DNA of 64,000 nucleotides. Source: Escherichia phage ES17. Positions 58,911 to 64,000 of this stretch are shown here, piece after piece. The DNA lies in sequence record NC_070984.1; one strand, written 5' to 3'. The notes beneath the pieces were generated by a model, which did no database searches, was not told the DNA's origin, and worked only from the letters and a program-made list of their open reading frames with translations. Every line of letters starts with the position of its first letter. Positions within the stretch are counted from its first letter, which is position 1. A program made the position numbers and the translations under genes.

Positions 58911-59874
58911 TGTAATACTCCACTAGTTCAGAAAAGAGAGATGAGATTGTGTTACCAACTTCTTCAGGAGTAAGACCGGAATCTTCTCCAGTTCTTTGAA
59001 TCAGTCGGGCTATAAAGTTTTGTACTGTAATGTTTCCCAACTTGTCGTCTATGGTTTCACGTTTATGACCATGACAAGTGGACCAGAGTCTTAGCCACTC
59101 TGACATTGTTGCATATTCAGCTGGGTCTTGATCTTTAGCAAGAGCAAATCTTCGTAAGGTCTCTGGGTTATGGTTACGAACATAGCCGTTCTCATTGTAA
59201 CCAACACCAAAAGGGTTTTGAACCCATACTTGATTCGTGTATTCATCAGAGTCTACAACCAAAGGAAGGAATGCTGATGCTGGCATATTGTAGTTAATAA
59301 CAATAGATGTGCTCTCACTGCTCCCATTGGATCTTCCTTGTTGAGTCCACCCTCCAAAGAAGTCACGACCCAACCCAGCTAACACTAGAGCGATGCCGAT
59401 GCGTTTACGCTTCAGCCACTCTTCCCTGTCTTCAATTCCTTCTGCTAGGAAATCCATTCCACGATACTGCCCTTCCAGAATGCTACGGAAGAGCATAAGT
59501 CCTGTGAAGATCTGATCTGCTGGATGCTCACGAAGGTTGACAGCAACACTATTCGCTGAAGTGATCGTAAATACGTCACGATAGCAAGACATGGAGTTCA
59601 TAATGTCTGCTGTTTCAACTAAGTTCTTTTCGATATCAGATGTAACATGACCGTGAAAAGAGTGAGTCCAGTAATTCAACATCTCCAGTTGCAAGTTGAT
59701 ATCACGGTTGAAGCTACGATAGCGCCCTTCTTCCGTGATAACTTCACCATTAATGTCATTTACCCACTGGCCTTGCATGTGGTTGTGGATACCGAAGCAC
59801 CCACGACCTAAGAACTTCTGTTCCCCTAAATCCTGTTGAAGATTCAGAGGTACGATCGTTGTGGAGATTGACAT
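58903..59874 (-). CDS. Hypothetical protein (323 aa) within amide-ligase operon
   Basis: Overlaps downstream gene by 8 nt. Confidence 0.45.
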   Translation of the reverse strand: MSISTTIVPLNLQQDLGEQKFLGRGCFGIHNHMQGQWVNDINGEVITEEGRYRSFNRDINLQLEMLNYWTHSFHGHVTSDIEKNLVETADIMNSMSCYRDVFTITSANSVAVNLREHPADQIFTGLMLFRSILEGQYRGMDFLAEGIEDREEWLKRKRIGIALVLAGLGRDFFGGWTQQGRSNGSSESTSIVINYNMPASAFLPLVVDSDEYTNQVWVQNPFGVGYNENGYVRNHNPETLRRFALAKDQDPAEYATMSEWLRLWSTCHGHKRETIDDKLGNITVQNFIARLIQRTGEDSGLTPEEVGNTISSLFSELVEYYND

Positions 59875-59884
59875 AACTAACCTT

Positions 59885-61084
59885 TTATTTTCCTAAAAAT
59901 AATCCGCTCATAACACCATCCCACTCAGAGGATGGAATCACTGAATACTCCGAACTTTGGTCCAGAGTCCCACTACTAAATCGCTGAATAATGTTGTAGA
60001 TGTTGAACAGGTCTTTAGCCTCGGCACGAATGCCGTAGATTAACCTGTTAGCTGTTCTCTCATTTTTAGACACGCGACGGGTAAAGTTAATCAGAAGGTT
60101 GTCACATTTCAGGATTTCCGATTCACTCTCTACTAAGTCGGGGTGCATCACCGGCAAGAACATCGAGTTATTAACTCGTAATTCTGCTGTTTCATCATTC
60201 TCATAATGAATCCACTTAAAATCTTCATCACGGAAATGACCGCATCCATCCCTATACGACTGTTGACGCCAAGGCACTTGAAATGCTTCAGCATATTTAT
60301 CAGCCATACCAACTGTAAACAGTGACGCTGGGAAGATACAAGCATCCCAATCATTACCGACCAGAGTTGCTTTCGTTTCGCCCAAGAGGTTGGTGTAGGT
60401 GCTAACCATTCGTGAGTAAACGTAAGCCTGAAGGATTGTCCAGCCTTCAACCAACCATTTATGAAGGAAGGTTTCCACTTGGCTCTCTTCATCTTCACAA
60501 TAGAAGGTTCGGTCTAACATCAAATAGAACAGACAACGATCAGCAGGGATATTCTCAGTTGCTACCCCCATAAAACCTTTATCGTGCCAGCGTAAACAGG
60601 AGGGACGATCTTTGTCCACAAATGCTTCCATAGCTTCCAGTACAGCACGAGGTGTGGTTCGATGCTCAGGGTTTTTGTCGTTCCAACGTTCGATGTTGTT
60701 CTTAGGTGGCGTGTCTTCATCTTCATACGAACACCAACTTAAAGCTTCAGCTACATGCTTTTCATCACGCCAACGTCTAAAACCTAACATCTTCATATGA
60801 GTTCCAGAGTTCCAGATATGCTTGATTTTACACATATCCATCTCTCGGCTTAACAGGAACTCTTCCCCATCAGCACTACGAACGTTAGCTTCTTCATGCC
60901 ACACTCGAACGTGCATATTCCATCCATGAGTTGCCTCATACATGTTAGGGTCGAAGTAGTCATCGTACTCTTCATCGTCTTCATCAACGCCACCGTTATA
61001 GTTGCGAAGCTGAAGGAACCCATAACAAGGAGGGTTGACTGTTAAAACATTACCTTCAGTATCTTCTAATGTTACTGGAAACAT
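59885..61084 (-). CDS. Hypothetical protein (399 aa) within amide-ligase operon
   Basis: Large ORF, acidic N-terminus; no recognisable motif. Confidence 0.45.
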   Translation of the reverse strand: MFPVTLEDTEGNVLTVNPPCYGFLQLRNYNGGVDEDDEEYDDYFDPNMYEATHGWNMHVRVWHEEANVRSADGEEFLLSREMDMCKIKHIWNSGTHMKMLGFRRWRDEKHVAEALSWCSYEDEDTPPKNNIERWNDKNPEHRTTPRAVLEAMEAFVDKDRPSCLRWHDKGFMGVATENIPADRCLFYLMLDRTFYCEDEESQVETFLHKWLVEGWTILQAYVYSRMVSTYTNLLGETKATLVGNDWDACIFPASLFTVGMADKYAEAFQVPWRQQSYRDGCGHFRDEDFKWIHYENDETAELRVNNSMFLPVMHPDLVESESEILKCDNLLINFTRRVSKNERTANRLIYGIRAEAKDLFNIYNIIQRFSSGTLDQSSEYSVIPSSEWDGVMSGLFLGK

Positions 61085-61095
61085 TATACCAACCT

Positions 61096-61458
61096 CTATT
61101 GGTTTTTAATCAACTCAATCGACTTACGAATATAAAGAATATCTCGGAAGTTTCGATAGTTGTTCATAAATTGATGCTTCTGGAACTCAGCTTCTTCCAG
61201 AGCTTTCTTTGCTTCTGCGTAGTTTTTACGGGCAAGATGTACAACCCGCTCCGGTAACACGTTTGCACGATGGATTAGATACTTATGAGCTTTCATGTTA
61301 CTTTGCTCACGAGCAATCTTACCTTTAGCAACCTTGATACCATTTGCAATCCAAGCAAGTTCTTGCTCAAGCTCTTCGTTGGACATACCACCGAGGTTTG
61401 ATGCAACCTTGTTCAGAGTTTCAATATTAACGTTGCCCTTGATGGGACGTGTATTCAT
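61096..61458 (-). CDS. Hypothetical protein (120 aa)
   Basis: Helical, Lys/Glu-rich ORF. Confidence 0.4.
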   Translation of the reverse strand: MNTRPIKGNVNIETLNKVASNLGGMSNEELEQELAWIANGIKVAKGKIAREQSNMKAHKYLIHRANVLPERVVHLARKNYAEAKKALEEAEFQKHQFMNNYRNFRDILYIRKSIELIKNQ

Positions 61459-61460
61459 AC

Positions 61461-61613
61461 TTACTCCTGTTGTTTACACTCGTCAATAACCCACTGATAA
61501 GTGGATTGCCCAGAAAAGAAACACTGAATAAATCCAGATGTTCTCTGCGTTACCAGTGCTAGTGCACAAATCACTACCGCTGCTGCTAGCAGTTTTAAAT
61601 CTAATTTAGACAT
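61461..61613 (-). CDS. Small membrane-anchored protein (50 aa)
   Basis: ATG 61613 with SD GAGAGGA; N-terminal hydrophobic segment LKLLAAAVVICALALV; below ORF-track cutoff. Confidence 0.3.
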   Translation of the reverse strand: MSKLDLKLLAAAVVICALALVTQRTSGFIQCFFSGQSTYQWVIDECKQQE

Positions 61614-61630
61614 ATTTCCTCTCGTTGAAT

Positions 61631-61657
61631 TTAAAAAAGGACTCTCCGAAAAGAGTC
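61631..61657 (-). terminator. Terminator-like hairpin (reverse strand)
   Basis: On - strand GACTCT-TTTCGG-AGAGTC followed by CTTTTTT. Confidence 0.5.
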
Positions 61658-61848
61658 AAGCTTTAAATACAAAAAGATATTACCCAATATCTGTGGATAA
61701 CCTGCTCTTAAAATATCTATCCGACGGATGTTCGAGGAATGTTCCTCTCCCTAGCATCGGCCCCATACGGGAAATATATTAAGATTAGGTTAGTTGAGTC
61801 AGAATAACTCACATAGCCCTCCGAAGAAGGCTATAGGCGTTACTACAA

Positions 61849-62064
61849 CTAAAAATCACTTGATTTTACAAAATCATCACTAAGGATTTCGTCAATTTCT
61901 TTGTTAGTCAAGTCTTTCCTGAACCAACAACAAGGTACATCCACCCATTGACCAGAGTTGTTTTCTACAGAGCATCTATTGCCTGTCTTACTCTTGCACT
62001 TATAGGTCTTACCTTTGTCTAGACGGTAGTGTATTCTGTAAACGATCGACACAAGTGTTATCAT
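61849..62064 (-). CDS. Cys-rich small protein (71 aa)
   Basis: CKSKTGNRCS...VPCCWF. Confidence 0.35.
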   Translation of the reverse strand: MITLVSIVYRIHYRLDKGKTYKCKSKTGNRCSVENNSGQWVDVPCCWFRKDLTNKEIDEILSDDFVKSSDF

Positions 62065-62297
62065 TACTCGCCTTTCTTAGCACGATCTTTGGCAGTTTTG
62101 CCAGTGCGGATGCGATGAGAAACGTTAACCAGAGTGCCACCATCAACTACGGTAACGCTCTTGTTTTTAGCCAGATCGAACACAGTTTTCTCTGTGCCAC
62201 CCAAGCGAATTTGCTTAGGTTCGCTGAAGGTTTGGGTTGATTTGGATTGGAACTGGAACGGTTGACGGATTGCATCAATTGCACTTACTTTAGACAT
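62064..62297 (-). CDS. Hypothetical early protein (77 aa), possible member of small paralog family
   Basis: ...TVFDLAKNKSVTVVDGGTL... resembles downstream small paralogs. Confidence 0.35.
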   Translation of the reverse strand: MSKVSAIDAIRQPFQFQSKSTQTFSEPKQIRLGGTEKTVFDLAKNKSVTVVDGGTLVNVSHRIRTGKTAKDRAKKGE

Positions 62298-62325
62298 AGG
62301 GGAAATTCCTTAAAAAGTCATGGCT

Positions 62326-62347
62326 GCGTAGAGGGAATTCCCTACGC
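62326..62347. promoter_or_regulatory. Inverted repeat TGCGTAGAGGGAATTCCCTACGCA (core palindrome AGGGAATTCCCT)
   Basis: 12-bp perfect palindrome with flanking TGCGT/ACGCA arms in intergenic region; related GGGGAAATTCC at 62300..62310. Confidence 0.4.
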
Positions 62348-62530
62348 AAATTGGGCCGCCCACAGAGAGGCGTCATAGTACTAAAAGGAGGAGAGAAGAG
62401 GGCTTATTTAGCTACCTTTTTCTGTCCGTTTACAAACCAGATAATTGAACCGTCAGGCTGGCGTTGACCGAAGCCTTTCTGGTTGATCATATCATCATAA
62501 GAATATGCTTTTGTTTTCACTTACTTACCC

Positions 62531-62782
62531 TTACATCGGAGTTAAGATGATCTCTGCTTTGGCAAACTTCTCGCCAACTTCAAGAGTGTCAGAAACAGGA
62601 CGAGGTTCGCCTGTACCTAAATTAACTGCTCTGCGATATCCACCAGATAGAGGCATCATCAAATAAATGACCTGACTGTCATCATCTTTTAAAGTAAAGA
62701 TGTCAGCGGTTGACAGATCTTTAACAAAGAGTTTCTTTTTTTCTTTGTTGTGAACCTTAATATGTATCGTGCTCATTCTCAC
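62531..62782 (-). CDS. Small early protein, tandem paralog family member
   Basis: 83 aa; LFVKDLSTADIFTLKDDD... pattern shared with 62779..63504 genes. Confidence 0.4.
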   Translation of the reverse strand: MRMSTIHIKVHNKEKKKLFVKDLSTADIFTLKDDDSQVIYLMMPLSGGYRRAVNLGTGEPRPVSDTLEVGEKFAKAEIILTPM

Positions 62783-63024
62783 TCCTGAACCACAGACATA
62801 CGAATCATTTCTACCTGATCATCAAGACCTTTAACAGATAGTACACCTGTGGATAGATTCACTACAGGAACCCAGCCACTGGCTATACGGATGTTACCAG
62901 AAGCATTTTCAACCCTCATATAATACTGAGGAGAGGCACTTCCGTGCTGAACCATGAAGGGGTTTCCGGGAATGATTGTTTCCAATCGAACCGTATTATC
63001 CTTTTTCTTTGGGATGATTTTCAT
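62779..63024 (-). CDS. Small early protein, tandem paralog family member
   Basis: 81 aa; MKIIPKKKDNTVRLETIIPGNPF...; 4-nt overlap with neighbours. Confidence 0.4.
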   Translation of the reverse strand: MKIIPKKKDNTVRLETIIPGNPFMVQHGSASPQYYMRVENASGNIRIASGWVPVVNLSTGVLSVKGLDDQVEMIRMSVVQE

Positions 63025-63272
63025 TATGTATTATCCACCAAAAGTTCTGCCGACACAGGAATAACTCGACAATAAATAGAAGGTGCTGTTACATTGCCAT
63101 CAGACAGACGAAGAGTGATTGATCTGTCAGAGTTGATAGTAACGTTTGGACTTGCAGACACAGACCCTTTGACATACAGGGTTGCATTGTCAGGAAACTT
63201 AAACACAGCTCCGCTGGGAAGTGAGTTGAGGTCAACTGTAGTCACTTCTTCTTTCTTGTGAGTAATCTTCAT
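63024..63272 (-). CDS. Small early protein, tandem paralog family member
   Basis: Start at internal ATG (MKITHKKEEVTTVDLNSLPSGAVFKF...); ORF-track N-terminal extension overlaps upstream gene. Confidence 0.4.
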   Translation of the reverse strand: MKITHKKEEVTTVDLNSLPSGAVFKFPDNATLYVKGSVSASPNVTINSDRSITLRLSDGNVTAPSIYCRVIPVSAELLVDNT

Positions 63273-63273
63273 A

Positions 63274-63504
63274 TTATTTACCCTGAATAATAAGTTTAGA
63301 TTCGAACAGATCAACAGTATTGGACAAAGGGACAGGAAAGAAAATATCTTTAGGGTTCCGAACACACATTGCAGAATGCTCCCCTGTTTTTATCCAGAAT
63401 TTAGGGACTACATCGTCACCAGTAAAACGAAAAACATCTCCATTCTCCAAGTCAGAGAAAGTCTTGGAGGGTGTTTTGCTTTTTGGTACTAGCTCAAAAT
63501 TCAT
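63274..63504 (-). CDS. Small early protein, tandem paralog family member
   Basis: 76 aa; ...KTFSDLENGDVFRFTGDD... Confidence 0.4.
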   Translation of the reverse strand: MNFELVPKSKTPSKTFSDLENGDVFRFTGDDVVPKFWIKTGEHSAMCVRNPKDIFFPVPLSNTVDLFESKLIIQGK

Positions 63505-63512
63505 CTTGATTC

Positions 63513-63824
63513 CTATTTAAGTTTGAGGCTAATGTTAAGGTGCATACATGCTCTGTTCTGTACAGCAGCATAACTTCTACCGAGCATGTCAGCCATTCTC
63601 TGAATAGACATGAACCCAGCATTACGGATAAGGAACTGGTCCTCTTCTTCAGACCATTTAACTCGGATTGAAGCTCTTGATATGCCGAATTTAGTGCAAG
63701 CTGTGTTAACAGCATTCTCCGTTACATTCATAATCTGAGCTACTTCTTGAACCGAGTACTCTTTGATTAGTCTCCGAAGATTTTCAATCTGCATCGGAGT
63801 CCATATAGTTCTTCGTGCTTTCAT
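63513..63824 (-). CDS. DNA-binding protein with two HTH-like repeats (putative early transcription regulator)
   Basis: Repeated sigma-region-4-like/HTH segments SVQEVAQIMNVTENAVNTACTKFGI and SIQRMADMLGRSYAAVQNRACMHL; strong SD GGAGGA; first gene at right end. Confidence 0.45.
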   Translation of the reverse strand: MKARRTIWTPMQIENLRRLIKEYSVQEVAQIMNVTENAVNTACTKFGISRASIRVKWSEEEDQFLIRNAGFMSIQRMADMLGRSYAAVQNRACMHLNISLKLK

Positions 63825-64000
63825 ACATCCTCCAATTAATTGTTAAAACTATCAGGGGAGAACACTAGCTCTGGGCCACGCTGTAGATATCGGCCTACCT
63901 TCCACAGCTAATCAGCTAATATACTCCCCTAATAGTTTATGAATAGGGGGAGGGGACGAATCCTCCCTTATCCTATTAGTTAATATTGCATGTAAGATCT

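Overview
This window reads as most of a lytic tailed dsDNA phage genome, with no integrase, repressor, tRNA or CRISPR array seen. Leftward half (1..28943, + strand): virion module with terminase large subunit, portal, scaffold, major capsid, tail fibre/tailspike, GH24 lysozyme, Ig-like domain proteins and a run of internal virion proteins including an SLT transglycosylase and a 1488-aa protein. Rightward half (29000..63824, - strand), converging at a terminator near 28953..28990: replication, nucleotide metabolism and early genes, including primase-helicase, a family A DNA polymerase split into separate exo and pol genes, FEN exonuclease, SSB-like protein, ThyX, dCTP deaminase, dNMP-kinase-like protein, PhoH, thioredoxin, Dps, an ECF-like sigma factor, an overlapped spanin pair and five HNH endonucleases. 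The ECF-like sigma factor and a recurring TAATGTATA promoter-like motif resemble what I recall of phiEco32-like Escherichia phages; that assignment is inference only. The strongest candidate for an uncharacterised system is a tightly packed operon (51695..61084) encoding two glutamine-synthetase-fold amidoligases, a RimK-like ATP-grasp ligase, an Ntn class-II glutamine amidotransferase that appears to start at a non-canonical ATT codon, a gamma-glutamyl cyclotransferase-like protein and eight unknown ORFs. Other notable signals are a likely -1 frameshift site (G GGA AAG) fusing the capsid protein to an Ig-like ORF, a ThyX with an apparently diverged signature motif, and repeat-rich non-coding regions. 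All domain calls are by-eye motif recognition on the supplied translations; no database search was run.
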